DNA of 64,000 nt from Candidatus Undinarchaeota archaeon (lineage in GTDB: Archaea > SpSt-1190 > JASMDC01). Position 1 is the first letter of the stretch; each line of letters begins with the position of its first letter. Position numbers and translations under genes: made by a program. Location: NCBI GenBank assembly GCA_964519305.1, contig CAZFHY010000016.1:42592-106591 (forward strand). The letters are read 5' to 3'. Shown here one piece after another: positions 19,378 to 28,593 of the stretch. The notes under the pieces were generated by a model that did not search any database, was not told the origin of the DNA, and saw only the letters and a list, made by a program, of their open reading frames with translations.

Positions 19378-21660
19378 ATGCCAGACGACGCGATCGAACT
19401 ACGGGTTGGAGAGATCCCAACGACCATGCAGCAGGACGTGGGGAGGGGGATAGTCCGCCTCGACACGAACACCATGGGCACGCTGGGGATCAGCCCCGGG
19501 GCCGTCGTGGAGATCGAGGGCAAGCGGACGACCGCCGCCATCGCGGACCGCGCCTACCCCAGCGACGTCGGTATGCGCATCGTCCGGATGGACGGTCTCA
19601 CCCGGCGTAACGCAGGCACCACCATCGGCGACACCATCACGGTACGTGCGGCCGAGTTCAACGAAGCGGACCACATCAGCATCGCGCCCGCCCAGGAAGG
19701 CGTCACCGTGCGCATGCCCGGCGAGGTCGTGGCAAAGACGCTCATCGGCCGGTCCGCCGTCAAGGGCGACGTCATCGAGCTGCGCTCGCTGGCCGCTCCG
19801 CACCCGTCCCATCCTTTCGACGAGTTCTACGAGTTCCTCTCCGACGAGCTGGCGTTCGGCAGGCTCGGCATGGGCCAGTCACGCTTCATGGTCGTTAGCA
19901 CGGCGCCCAAGGGCGTTGTGCGCATCACCGAGTCCACCAAGATCGAGGTGCTCCCCGAGGCCGCTGAGGTCGAGAGCGAGCGCATCCCCGAGGTTACCTA
20001 CGAGGACATCGGCGGCCTATCCACGGAAGTGCGCCGGGTCCGCGAGATGATCGAGCTCCCGCTCAAGCATCCCGAGCTCTTCGAGCGCCTGGGCATCGAT
20101 CCGCCCACGGGCGTGCTCCTGTACGGCCCTCCGGGCACCGGAAAGACCCTGCTCGCCAAGGCCGTGGCCAACGAGTCCAACGCCAACTTCGTGTCCATCA
20201 ACGGTCCCGAGATCATGTCCAAGTACGTGGGCGAGGCCGAGAAACGGCTCCGCGAGCTGTTCGAGGAGGCGCAGAAGAACGCGCCCTCCATCATCTTCAT
20301 CGACGAGATCGACGCCATCGCGCCCAAGCGCGAGGACGTGGTCGGCGGCGTGGAGGGCCGAGTGGTGGCCCAGATGCTGGCCTCCATGGACGGTATCAAC
20401 TCCCGCGGCCAGGTCATCGTAATCGCGGCCACCAACCGCGAGACCGCCATGGACCCTGCGCTCCGCCGCGGGGGCCGGTTCGACCGCGAGATCGAGATCG
20501 GTGTCCCCGATCGCAAGGGCCGGAAAGAGGTCCTGCAGATCCACACCCGCAACATGCCGCTCGCCGAGGACGTTAGCCTCGACGAGATCGCCAACACCGC
20601 ACACGGCTTTGTCGGCAGCGACCTCCAGGGACTGTGCAAGGAAGCGGCCATGAGCGCTCTGCGACGTATCCTCCCGGAGATCAACATCGACGACGACGAG
20701 CGACTGCCCCGCGAGGTGCTGGAGAAGCTCATCGTCAACCGGCAGGACTACGTCGAAGGCCTCAAGGTCGTCCGTCCGTCCGCCATGCGCGAGGTACTGG
20801 TCGAGGTACCGAACATCACGTGGGGCGACATCGGCGGCTGCGACGATATCAAACAGGAGCTGGTCGAGGCCGTGGAATGGCCGCTGAAGAACAAGGCGGC
20901 GTTCGACCGTCTGGGCATCAGGCCCCCCACGGGCATCCTCCTCTACGGTCCTCCGGGCACGGGAAAGACCCTGCTAGCAAAGGCCGTCTCCAACGAGAGC
21001 GAGGCCAACTTCATCCTGGTCAAGGGCCCCGAGGTGCTTTCCAAGTGGCTCGGTGAGTCCGAGAAGGCCATCCGCGAGATCTTCCGCAAGGCGCGCCAGG
21101 TGGCGCCCACGGTCGTGTTCTTCGACGAGCTCGACGCCATCGCATCATCGCGCGGCCAGGAGGGCTCGCACAAGGCAGAAGAACGCGTGGTCAACCAGAT
21201 GCTCACCGAGATCGACGGACTGGAGGACCTCCAGGACGTCGTGATCATCGGCGCGACCAACCGCCCCGATATCATCGACCGCGGTCTCATGCGCGCGGGC
21301 CGGTTCGACCGCCACATCCTCGTTGGCGCTCCCGACGAGGCCGCCCGTCTCGAGATCCTGAAGGTGCACACCAAGGGCATGCCGCTGGCCAAGGACGTCG
21401 ACCTCAAGAAGCTGGCGAAAGAGACCGAGAACTGCGTGGGCAGCGACCTCGAGTCCATCTGTCGCGAGGCCGCGATCTTTGCGCTCCGCAAGGACATGGA
21501 GGCCAAGGAGGTCAAATTGGCCCAGTTCGAGGAGGCCCGCGAGAAGGTGCACCCCTCCCTCACAAAGGAGGTCAAGAAGTTCTACGAGCTCGTGCAGAAG
21601 GCGCTCGCTGCTCCACAGATCAAGGAAGAGCCAGCAGACGACCTCTTCTACATGCGGTGA
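19378..21660 (+). CDS. cdc48: CDC48/VAT (p97) AAA+ ATPase
   Basis: N domain ([10 protein letters not shown]), two AAA modules with [26 protein letters not shown]; C-terminal hydrophobic-Y-x tail (FYMR). Confidence 0.97.
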   Translation: MPDDAIELRVGEIPTTMQQDVGRGIVRLDTNTMGTLGISPGAVVEIEGKRTTAAIADRAYPSDVGMRIVRMDGLTRRNAGTTIGDTITVRAAEFNEADHISIAPAQEGVTVRMPGEVVAKTLIGRSAVKGDVIELRSLAAPHPSHPFDEFYEFLSDELAFGRLGMGQSRFMVVSTAPKGVVRITESTKIEVLPEAAEVESERIPEVTYEDIGGLSTEVRRVREMIELPLKHPELFERLGIDPPTGVLLYGPPGTGKTLLAKAVANESNANFVSINGPEIMSKYVGEAEKRLRELFEEAQKNAPSIIFIDEIDAIAPKREDVVGGVEGRVVAQMLASMDGINSRGQVIVIAATNRETAMDPALRRGGRFDREIEIGVPDRKGRKEVLQIHTRNMPLAEDVSLDEIANTAHGFVGSDLQGLCKEAAMSALRRILPEINIDDDERLPREVLEKLIVNRQDYVEGLKVVRPSAMREVLVEVPNITWGDIGGCDDIKQELVEAVEWPLKNKAAFDRLGIRPPTGILLYGPPGTGKTLLAKAVSNESEANFILVKGPEVLSKWLGESEKAIREIFRKARQVAPTVVFFDELDAIASSRGQEGSHKAEERVVNQMLTEIDGLEDLQDVVIIGATNRPDIIDRGLMRAGRFDRHILVGAPDEAARLEILKVHTKGMPLAKDVDLKKLAKETENCVGSDLESICREAAIFALRKDMEAKEVKLAQFEEAREKVHPSLTKEVKKFYELVQKALAAPQIKEEPADDLFYMR

Positions 21661-21671
21661 GGTAGTCGGCC

Positions 21672-22367
21672 GTGACGCGCCTGACGGTGCTGTACGACAA
21701 CCGGGTAGCTCCCGGTGTATCTGACACGCTCCGCTGCGGGTGGGGCTTTTCCTGCCTGGCCGAGGAGTCCAGCGGGAAGGTGCTCTTCGACGCCGGGTTC
21801 GACGGAGGCATCCTGCTCGAGAACATGGCGACGCTCGGTATAGAGCCCCGGTCCGTCGACGCCGTGGTGCTGTCGCACACCCACTGGGACCATCTGGGCG
21901 GCCTGGCCCGGTTCCTCGAGTCCCGGGGGGATGTACCGCTGTACGTTCCCGAGGGCATCCCGCGCCATCTGCGCATCGAGCTTTCTAACCGCGCCGACGT
22001 GACGGTGACCGGGACGGAGGACGGCAGCAGGGTGGTTCCGGGCATCCGCACGACAGCTTCTATCGGGGACAAGCTGAAGGAGCAGGCGCTCGTGGTGGAC
22101 GCCGGTAGCGGTGTGCTGGTGGTCACCGGCTGCTGTCATCCCGGGCTAGGTCCGACACTCGAGGCGGCGTCGCTCCACGGCCGCGTCAGGGGTATACTGG
22201 GCGGGCTGCACGAGGCGAAGGGGCCGGAGCAGCTTTCCGGTCTGTCACTGGTAGCACCGTGCCATTGCACGAAGGAACCGGACCGGTTCCCGGAGCTGTT
22301 CCCACGGGCATACCAGCAGGTGGGCGTGGGGAGCGTCGTTGCGGTGGAGACCGCGCCCGGCCGGTGA
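21672..22367 (+). CDS. MBL-fold metallohydrolase (COG1237-like)
   Basis: LYDN, WGFSCL, LSHTHWDHLGGL, TGCCHPG, GGLH, PCHCT. Confidence 0.88.
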   Translation: MTRLTVLYDNRVAPGVSDTLRCGWGFSCLAEESSGKVLFDAGFDGGILLENMATLGIEPRSVDAVVLSHTHWDHLGGLARFLESRGDVPLYVPEGIPRHLRIELSNRADVTVTGTEDGSRVVPGIRTTASIGDKLKEQALVVDAGSGVLVVTGCCHPGLGPTLEAASLHGRVRGILGGLHEAKGPEQLSGLSLVAPCHCTKEPDRFPELFPRAYQQVGVGSVVAVETAPGR

Positions 22368-22392
22368 CCGGGACTGTATCCCGTCGATCGGC

Positions 22393-23094
22393 CTATGCCC
22401 GGCCGAACTGCTTGGGTTCCGTGGCCGATGCCGAGCTCGCCACGTGGATGTACTCCTGCTCCTGGTACTCCGTGAGCGGTACGGCACCGACCGCGAACAT
22501 CCAGGTGATCGGGTCCATCGTCACCGGGTCCGCGTCATCGACGAATAAGTTCAGCTCGCCGCCCGCCCTCAGCACCTGGGCGTTGAGCTTCTTATCGTCG
22601 GTGTGGAAGGCCTTGTAGTATCGCCCCGCAACGGGATCGTAGTCGTAGACGGTGAACGACACCTCCATGTCGGTGTTGGACATGCTCGTTTGGAGCAGGC
22701 CGACGATCTGGTTCTTGTTATCGGTGGATACCAGGGTGGAGAACTGGAGCGGGTCGGTGTACCCTCCACCCCAGTACATGTCCGCGCCGACACCGATCAC
22801 CTTGATGGGCTGACCGGTCGTGGGATCGGCGACGGTGAGGTCCGACCTCATCTGCTGGCCCGCGATCTTGAGGGAGTTGACGTGGAACACCGTGCCCTGG
22901 TAGCCTTGATCGAAGTTGAAGACCTGTTCCATGTCACAGGTGTACATGTACTCCACGTTCGCAGGTGGTGCCTTCGCTTCCTCTCCGGGCGCGGCCGGGC
23001 TCAGGTACCCGCTGTTGATCACGATAGCGACAACGACGAGGCATACAGCCACCAGCGCGTACTTGGCATGTTCATCCATTCCCACGGTAATCAT
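22393..23094 (-). CDS. PPAN-leader protein with a beta-rich domain, putative contractile-system tube (Hcp/IglC-like) protein
   Basis: TM helix + N + linker + PPAN, then FNF.Q...NSLKIAG...DP...WGGG.TDPLQFS.LVS..NK...YDYDP...YYK.F; start 23094 or 23079. Confidence 0.6.
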   Translation of the reverse strand: MITVGMDEHAKYALVAVCLVVVAIVINSGYLSPAAPGEEAKAPPANVEYMYTCDMEQVFNFDQGYQGTVFHVNSLKIAGQQMRSDLTVADPTTGQPIKVIGVGADMYWGGGYTDPLQFSTLVSTDNKNQIVGLLQTSMSNTDMEVSFTVYDYDPVAGRYYKAFHTDDKKLNAQVLRAGGELNLFVDDADPVTMDPITWMFAVGAVPLTEYQEQEYIHVASSASATEPKQFGRA

Positions 23095-23195
23095 CTCACG
23101 CCGACCGCTCGTGGTCAACACATAAAAAACCGACCTCATCCCGCACCGTCCGTCCGGCGAGGTCGGGAGTTCCGTGAACGTTGAACGGGGGCCCC

Positions 23196-23223
23196 AAAAG
23201 GCCTCGGAATGAGGTCTTTTTTT
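23196..23223 (+). terminator. hairpin followed by a T-tract (terminator-like)
   Basis: AAAAGGCCTC-GGAAT-GAGGTCTTTT-TTT: 10-bp stem with one G-U pair. Confidence 0.4.
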
Positions 23224-23269
23224 CATCCAGCACCTATTTATGGCAGCCACACCATGACTTACCGTACGT

Positions 23270-23995
23270 ATGGTCGACACCAGATACGTACTGGCTGCGG
23301 TCGGGCTCCTTATCCTCGGTGCTATCCTCTCCATCAACTGCACGACCGGAGTGGACGTCGCAGCGATCGGGAGCGACGACGCTAGCGTCGAGGTCATCGG
23401 CGGCAAGTACGAGCTGGAACTGTTCACAGCAGAGATAGGTCACGGCCCTGCTGCACGCGAGATCACACGGATGCGGTACACAGTGGGCAACCGCACCATC
23501 GTCCCCGACCAGACGCTCCCGCGCTCCATGCGCCCCGGCCTCGACTGGCTGCAGAGGAACACGCTGGAGGGCGACTATGTCCTTGCCTGGTGGGACTACG
23601 GTCATGCAATCCGCGCCTACGGCGAACGCGAGCCGGTGATCGATGCGCCCTCGAAGGAGCTTATGCCGCTGACGGTGTCCAAGTACATCGGGATGTCCGC
23701 GGACGACATTATCTGCCCCGACTGTGCGCCCCACGCGCTCGTCCGGGACGTGGCAAAAGCCCTGCTCACCGACGATCCCGCCGTTACTAGAAAGATCATG
23801 AAGTCCCACGGTGCACGGTACCTGTACATACACGCCGATGACGCCACCAAGGCGGACGCTTTCTTCATCGCAGCAGGACGTGAGCCGGGGCAGGTGAAGG
23901 GGACGGTCCTGGGCAAGGCGTTCGTCGGATCACGGCTCGACGGGTACTGGCTGGTGTACTCGGACGCCACGGTGCACATCTACGAGATCGCGTGA
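23270..23995 (+). CDS. stand-alone AglB/STT3 C-terminal globular domain with an N-terminal signal/anchor
   Basis: LDWLQRNT...VLAWWDYGHAI...R, DVAKALLTDD, GARYLY; lacks the multi-TM OST domain. Confidence 0.75.
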   Translation: MVDTRYVLAAVGLLILGAILSINCTTGVDVAAIGSDDASVEVIGGKYELELFTAEIGHGPAAREITRMRYTVGNRTIVPDQTLPRSMRPGLDWLQRNTLEGDYVLAWWDYGHAIRAYGEREPVIDAPSKELMPLTVSKYIGMSADDIICPDCAPHALVRDVAKALLTDDPAVTRKIMKSHGARYLYIHADDATKADAFFIAAGREPGQVKGTVLGKAFVGSRLDGYWLVYSDATVHIYEIA

Positions 23996-23999
23996 GCGC

Positions 24000-24368
24000 C
24001 TACGGCGGCTTTCTCATCTTTTCCCACTCAATATCATCGGTCCGGTATCCTGCCAGCCAGATTCTCTCTAATAGGTCCGCTCTTTCCGCGCTCGTAAGCT
24101 CCTGGCTCGACTCGGCCCAGTCCATCAGGTTATCCAGTTGGAACAGGAAATCATCCCTTTCTTTTTCAGTGAACCCCCACCCAACCTTATTACGCAACGT
24201 CATCTCGATGTATTGTAATTGCTGAATGTTCTCGAACTTGGTCCAGCTGTTCGCCGGAGGTGCCTGTTCCTGGTCCCGTGTACCCAGGCTCTTGAGGACG
24301 AGCACGTTGGACGCGAGCGACAGCACGGTGAGCACGAGGACGGTGCGGAGAAGGGTCCGGTCGTTCAT
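24000..24368 (-). CDS. PPAN-leader small secreted/anchored protein 1
   Basis: MNDRTLLRTVLVLTVLSLASNVLVLKSL...APPANS plus an ~80-aa helical cargo. Confidence 0.85.
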   Translation of the reverse strand: MNDRTLLRTVLVLTVLSLASNVLVLKSLGTRDQEQAPPANSWTKFENIQQLQYIEMTLRNKVGWGFTEKERDDFLFQLDNLMDWAESSQELTSAERADLLERIWLAGYRTDDIEWEKMRKPP

Positions 24369-24405
24369 GATGTGTGTGCGAGCGTTCGGTTTTTTATGTG
24401 CGATG
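24246..24405 (-). repeat. promoter+leader cassette, copy 1
   Basis: 160-bp ungapped match to 24662-24821; hand alignment gives 20 mismatches (~87% identity). Confidence 0.9.
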
Positions 24406-24436
24406 CCGGCGGGGTCCGCGTCTACCGCCGCTACCG

Positions 24437-24784
24437 TCAGCTGTTCGCTTCCACGACCGTGCTCAGGTTATCGATTATCGATCGCAGCTGGACCTTTTCC
24501 ACTTCATTGAGCTGTTTACTCGAGATGATCCTTTCTTTCAGGTCGTTCAGTTGGTCCAGGATATCATCCCTGTCGCCCTCGCTGATGTTCCCGTTGGAGA
24601 TCAGCTGCTGCACACTGGACTTGATCTGCAGTATTTCGCGGAAGAAGGCTGCTGACGCGGCGCTGTTCGCCGGTGGCGCTATCTCCTGCTCCTGCGTGCC
24701 CAGGCTCTTGAGGACTAGCACGTTGGACGCGAGCGACAGCACTGCGAGCACGAGGACTGCGTGGAGAAGGGATCGGTCGTTCAT
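24437..24784 (-). CDS. PPAN-leader small secreted/anchored protein 2
   Basis: MNDRSLLHAVLVLAVLSLASNVLVLKSL...APPANS plus an amphipathic helical cargo. Confidence 0.85.
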   Translation of the reverse strand: MNDRSLLHAVLVLAVLSLASNVLVLKSLGTQEQEIAPPANSAASAAFFREILQIKSSVQQLISNGNISEGDRDDILDQLNDLKERIISSKQLNEVEKVQLRSIIDNLSTVVEANS

Positions 24785-24821
24785 GGTGTGTGTGCGAGCG
24801 TTCTGTTTTTTATGTGCGATG
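24662..24821 (-). repeat. promoter+leader cassette, copy 2
   Basis: Matches copy 1; includes the upstream CACATAAAAAA box. Confidence 0.9.
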
Positions 24822-24827
24822 TCAGGA

Positions 24828-25235
24828 TCAGCCCCGGAACCCCAGACCCCTGAGGAGGTCCCTGAGCTCCCAGATCACGGCCTTCACGTCCTCCTTCGAA
24901 CGCTGGTCCATGACGAGCTCCCTCAGTTTGCGGGCGGTCTGGTCTAATTCGAGATGTACGGGCGATCTCGGAAGGTTATCGAGACGGTTCTCGAACTCGA
25001 ACACCTCCATCAGGACCTCGTCGGTCCCGTTGTTGGTGAGGAGCATTCCCTCGTCGACCATGACCTCGATCTTGAACAGCATCCTCTCCAGATCTCCCAC
25101 CATGTAGGGGAGGTAGTTCGCCGGCGGCGTCAATGCATCCTCGGAGGCCCTCAGGTCCTTGAGTACGAGCACGTTGGTCGCGAGCGACAGCACGGCGAGC
25201 ACGAGGACGGCGCGAAGAAGGGAGCGGTCGTTCAT
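24828..25235 (-). CDS. PPAN-leader small secreted/anchored protein 3
   Basis: MNDRSLLRAVLVLAVLSLATNVLVLKDL...TPPANY plus a helical cargo. Confidence 0.85.
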   Translation of the reverse strand: MNDRSLLRAVLVLAVLSLATNVLVLKDLRASEDALTPPANYLPYMVGDLERMLFKIEVMVDEGMLLTNNGTDEVLMEVFEFENRLDNLPRSPVHLELDQTARKLRELVMDQRSKEDVKAVIWELRDLLRGLGFRG

Positions 25236-25266
25236 GGTGCGGGTGTGGGCGGTACCCTTTTTATGT
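25116..25266 (-). repeat. promoter+leader cassette, copy 3 (more diverged)
   Basis: Shares gttcgccgg, agcacgttgg, gcgagcgacagcac, cggtcgttcat and ttttatgt with copies 1 and 2. Confidence 0.75.
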
Positions 25267-25331
25267 CCGACACCCCCGGGGAAGGCTTAAATACCCGGGT
25301 CCGGCGCGCGGTCTGTCAGGACGGAGTTCAC

Positions 25332-25805
25332 ATGGGATACTGCGCACTTACCGAGTACGGCGGCGAGGCCGTCAACATGATCCACGGCGACGGTTACGCC
25401 GAGTTCACCATGGACGCAGGCAAGTTCCTTGGCCTGTTCGGCAAGGGCATGGACGAGCAGGAGATCAACAAGGGCTACCGTTCGGCCGAGTTCGCCCTCG
25501 AGCTGGCCAACAAGGACCTGGGCCTCGACCTCGAGGTCGGTCACGACGAGCGCAATCCCATCTACATGAACTTCAAGTTCGAGCCCGCCGATCCCCCGGA
25601 CGACCACTACATCCACACGGTCGCCAAGGGTACTATCCAGTACGAGCGCGGCGGTACCTTCAGCTCTGACAAGGTGAACGTGTCGGTCGAGTTCCGGCGC
25701 TCCAAGATGGACGAGGTGGCGTTCCACGACCTTGCGGCAGCGCTGGAGGACCGCGGGTTCGAGAACACCACCACCCCCATCTGGGTGTACGGCAGCTTCT
25801 CGTAG
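25332..25805 (+). CDS. hypothetical protein
   Basis: Strongly GC3-biased ORF, GGAG RBS, TTAAATA box at ~25287. Confidence 0.8.
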   Translation: MGYCALTEYGGEAVNMIHGDGYAEFTMDAGKFLGLFGKGMDEQEINKGYRSAEFALELANKDLGLDLEVGHDERNPIYMNFKFEPADPPDDHYIHTVAKGTIQYERGGTFSSDKVNVSVEFRRSKMDEVAFHDLAAALEDRGFENTTTPIWVYGSFS

Positions 25806-25863
25806 TGACGCCCGCTCCGGTAACGAGTGGTTTTTTATTGATTAGAGCCCTTCTGCGGTAGCG

Positions 25864-26940
25864 GTGGAAGGGAAGAAGGAGCCAAAGACCGAGCCTGAGC
25901 CCGAGTCTAGGTCAAAGCCTGATGCTAAGCCCGTGCCCAAGCCCCCGCCCGTGCCCGAGCCTGAACCCGAGCCCGGGGAGGATGTAGCAGGGCCGGACCG
26001 ACCTCCGAAATGGAAGGAGGGCATGAGGAAGGGGTTCGTCATCGGGATCATTCTTTCACTGGTCTCCATCGGTGTCTTCGGCGAGAGCACGATACATCAT
26101 CATATCAATGATCCCATCTGTACCTACCTGGGTTTCATCTCTGACTGTGATACCTGGGTCGGGTCCTGTCCCAGTGATACTTGTAGGTACGTTCTAAAGC
26201 CCCTCCTGCTGATCATCGAGTTCGCCCTGGTCGGCGCATTCCTTGGCTGGGCCCTCTACGAATTGAGCAGCACCGTCCTCCCCTCCTGGAAGAAGGGCAT
26301 GGTCGTGTTCTTCGGGATCGGATGTGGCCTCTCGGTGTTCGATCCTCTCTACCTGTACTACCCGATCAAGAAGGTCATCGGTTACCTGGTCCTGTTCCCC
26401 GTCCTGGGAGCGTTCGTCGCCTGGCTCATTGAGAAGGAGTGGCGTCATGAAGCGAGCGATGTCACGGTGGGACCGGACTGGTTGAAGGGCCTCCTGCTCG
26501 GCATCGTTCTCGCCCTCGTGGCCACCATCGTTCTGTCCGAGACCCAGAATGACACCCATATCATGCAGGTACAGTTCACGCTCTATGTCCTCCCGAGCCC
26601 GCTGCTCTTCGCCTGCGCCAGCTGGCTCATCGGCAAGAAGTGGTACGACGGGGACCGGGGCGTTGTCGGTCAGGCGTTCTGGAAGAAGAGCCTGACGGCA
26701 GGTCTCGTGCTCGGTCTCCTTCTTGCGGTCATGCCCAGGGACAGCCTCTTGATCCTCGTCCTGCTGATGGATTCTCTGGTCTTCATACCATTCGCCATCA
26801 TCGGATGCGGCACGGGCATCCTCTGCTTCGGGCACGGGGCCGAAGCGATCGTGTTCTACCTCGCACCGTTCACGCTCCCCGTCGGATGCGCCATGATCGG
26901 CGCGTTCGCCGGCTGGGTGTTCGACAAGTGGTACACCTGA
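25864..26940 (+). CDS. multi-pass membrane protein with a Pro/Glu-rich N-terminus and repeated W-K/L-K-G/S two-helix units
   Basis: PEPE/PKP tract; units starting WKEG, WKKG, WLKG and WKKS. Confidence 0.75.
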   Translation: MEGKKEPKTEPEPESRSKPDAKPVPKPPPVPEPEPEPGEDVAGPDRPPKWKEGMRKGFVIGIILSLVSIGVFGESTIHHHINDPICTYLGFISDCDTWVGSCPSDTCRYVLKPLLLIIEFALVGAFLGWALYELSSTVLPSWKKGMVVFFGIGCGLSVFDPLYLYYPIKKVIGYLVLFPVLGAFVAWLIEKEWRHEASDVTVGPDWLKGLLLGIVLALVATIVLSETQNDTHIMQVQFTLYVLPSPLLFACASWLIGKKWYDGDRGVVGQAFWKKSLTAGLVLGLLLAVMPRDSLLILVLLMDSLVFIPFAIIGCGTGILCFGHGAEAIVFYLAPFTLPVGCAMIGAFAGWVFDKWYT

Positions 26941-27045
26941 CCGCGGAAGAGGATCACGGATTTTCTACGGATACCGGTGGTATCACCGGTCGAGCCACGT
27001 GCGCACCGCACGTGAGAACAGCCGCTTCCTCCTCGGTCCTTGCGC

Positions 27046-27639
27046 TCATGCAAGCTCCTCCAGATGACGTTGGTGCTCGCCGTACTCCTCAAGGACGGAC
27101 TTGATGAAGAGCGCGTCGTCGAAGGACGACCGCGCCCAGAGCACCTTGTGGTTGCGGGCGAGCGTCGCCCTGATCCTGATGGGCAGGTGGTTGATGATCG
27201 TCACCTCCACTTTTTTAGGGAGCTCGCCATATAAGCGCAGCAGCGCTTTCGTACCACTTTCGGATGAGGGCTCCTCCCGGAACAGGATGCCGATGTCGAC
27301 GTCCGAGCGCCAGATAGCGGTGCCGTCGGCATAAGAGCCAAACAGCACGATGGCCAGTACATCTGGGAACACCTCGTCCTCCTGAATGGCGCACACGCTC
27401 TTATCGATGATGCGCTTGATCGTCTGCCCGGACTTGAGCTCTAGCTCGTCAGGCGCAAGTTCCCTGCACGCCGCGATGAACCTGAACTTCGCCCGGATGT
27501 CCCGTGAGAGACGGTTTCGCTCCGACTGGGTGAGCGGGAGGCCAAGAAGCTGCCTGCGGACGATGGCGATCTCCCGGGCACCGAGGACCTTTCGGGCCTC
27601 GGGTAGCTCGAGGAGGCGTTCAAGTCTCATTATAACCAT
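27046..27639 (-). CDS. minimal nucleotidyltransferase (MntA-type antitoxin) with an N-terminal extension
   Basis: IVLFGSYADG....SDVDIGI motif. Confidence 0.85.
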   Translation of the reverse strand: MVIMRLERLLELPEARKVLGAREIAIVRRQLLGLPLTQSERNRLSRDIRAKFRFIAACRELAPDELELKSGQTIKRIIDKSVCAIQEDEVFPDVLAIVLFGSYADGTAIWRSDVDIGILFREEPSSESGTKALLRLYGELPKKVEVTIINHLPIRIRATLARNHKVLWARSSFDDALFIKSVLEEYGEHQRHLEELA

Positions 27640-27810
27640 TATTTAGGTTATTTTTCTATATATAGCTATCCCCGACGTATGGAGGAGGACCGTAGGACTA
27701 CCGCCGGTCGTCACTGAAGCATATAGTTCGGTACGGACACTTCTATCACTAGGTGATCATAAGGCGAATGTATATAACTACGGATATACTATGAATATTG
27801 AGGCATTTTT

Positions 27811-28062
27811 ATGACATCCGTTACGATCCGGTTCCATGGTGTGCAGGAGCAGATACTCGAGCGTATCCTGGAGAGCGGTATCGCGGAGACGAAGAGCGAG
27901 GCGATCCGGATGGCCGTGCTGAAGTTCGGCATGGATATGGGTCTCATATCGGACCTGACCGTGTTCCATACCATACAGGACGACTTGGAGTCCAGGAAGC
28001 AACCGATCCGGAGAGTGCTCGAGGATATCGAGCGGGTGAAGGATGAGACTACTGTTCGATAG
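27811..28062 (+). CDS. ribbon-helix-helix (CopG/VapB-like) antitoxin
   Basis: MTSVTIRF...ILERILESGIAETKSEAIRMAV. Confidence 0.75.
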   Translation: MTSVTIRFHGVQEQILERILESGIAETKSEAIRMAVLKFGMDMGLISDLTVFHTIQDDLESRKQPIRRVLEDIERVKDETTVR

Positions 28063-28096
28063 CTCTGTCAAGAGCGTGTATCCGAGCGATTACTGA
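28043..28096 (+). pseudogene. truncated PIN-domain (VapC) toxin remnant
   Basis: An ATG overlapping the antitoxin end reads MRLLFDSSVKSVYPSDY-stop; the start matches the PIN first strand (hhhD[ST][SN]). Confidence 0.5.
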
Positions 28097-28107
28097 GTAG
28101 AGCCGTT

Positions 28108-28593
28108 TCATCGCTTCCCGGCAAGTCGCCCCAGCTCGTCGCCGGTCAGCCGGTACACGGTCCACTCGTCCATGGCCTTGGCCCCGATCGCCTCGTAGAA
28201 GTCGATGGCAGGCTTGTTCCAGTCCAGCACCCACCACTCCAGCCGCCCGCACCCCCTATCCACGGCAAGGGCTGCAAGGTGTGCGAGCAGTTTCTTCCCG
28301 AAACCCTTCCCGCGGTGGGCAGGCCGGACGTACAGGTCCTCGATGTAGAGGCCGTGACGACCGAGGAACGTGGAGTAGTTATGGAAGAACAGGGCGTGCC
28401 CCACGGGCTTTCCGTCGAGCTCGGCGATGACGACCTCGGCCTCCTTGCGGTCGAAGATGGAAGCTTCGATGGCCTCTACGTCGGCAACGACCTCGTGAAG
28501 GAGCTTCTCGTACTCGGCCAGCTCCCGGATGAACCCGAGGATGGTCGCGGCGTCGGTCCGTACCGCAGGCCTGATGGTGAACCCGTCGTCCAT
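28108..28593 (-). CDS. GNAT N-acetyltransferase (diamine/spermidine acetyltransferase-like)
   Basis: IRELAEYEK, NYSTFLGRHGLYIEDLYVRPAHRGKGFG, VLDWNKPAIDFY. Confidence 0.92.
   Translation of the reverse strand: MDDGFTIRPAVRTDAATILGFIRELAEYEKLLHEVVADVEAIEASIFDRKEAEVVIAELDGKPVGHALFFHNYSTFLGRHGLYIEDLYVRPAHRGKGFGKKLLAHLAALAVDRGCGRLEWWVLDWNKPAIDFYEAIGAKAMDEWTVYRLTGDELGRLAGKR

Noticed and set aside
24240-24262. PPAN-S/T as an N-glycosylation sequon served by the neighbouring WWDYG protein
   Set aside because: The Ser/Thr is at +1, not +2 (NSW, NSA, NTA, NTL), so these are not N-x-S/T sequons.
24000-25266. CRISPR array, DGR or integron interpretation of the repeats
   Set aside because: The repeats are 150-160 bp and protein-coding; no cas, reverse transcriptase or integrase gene is seen, and mismatches are not adenine-specific.
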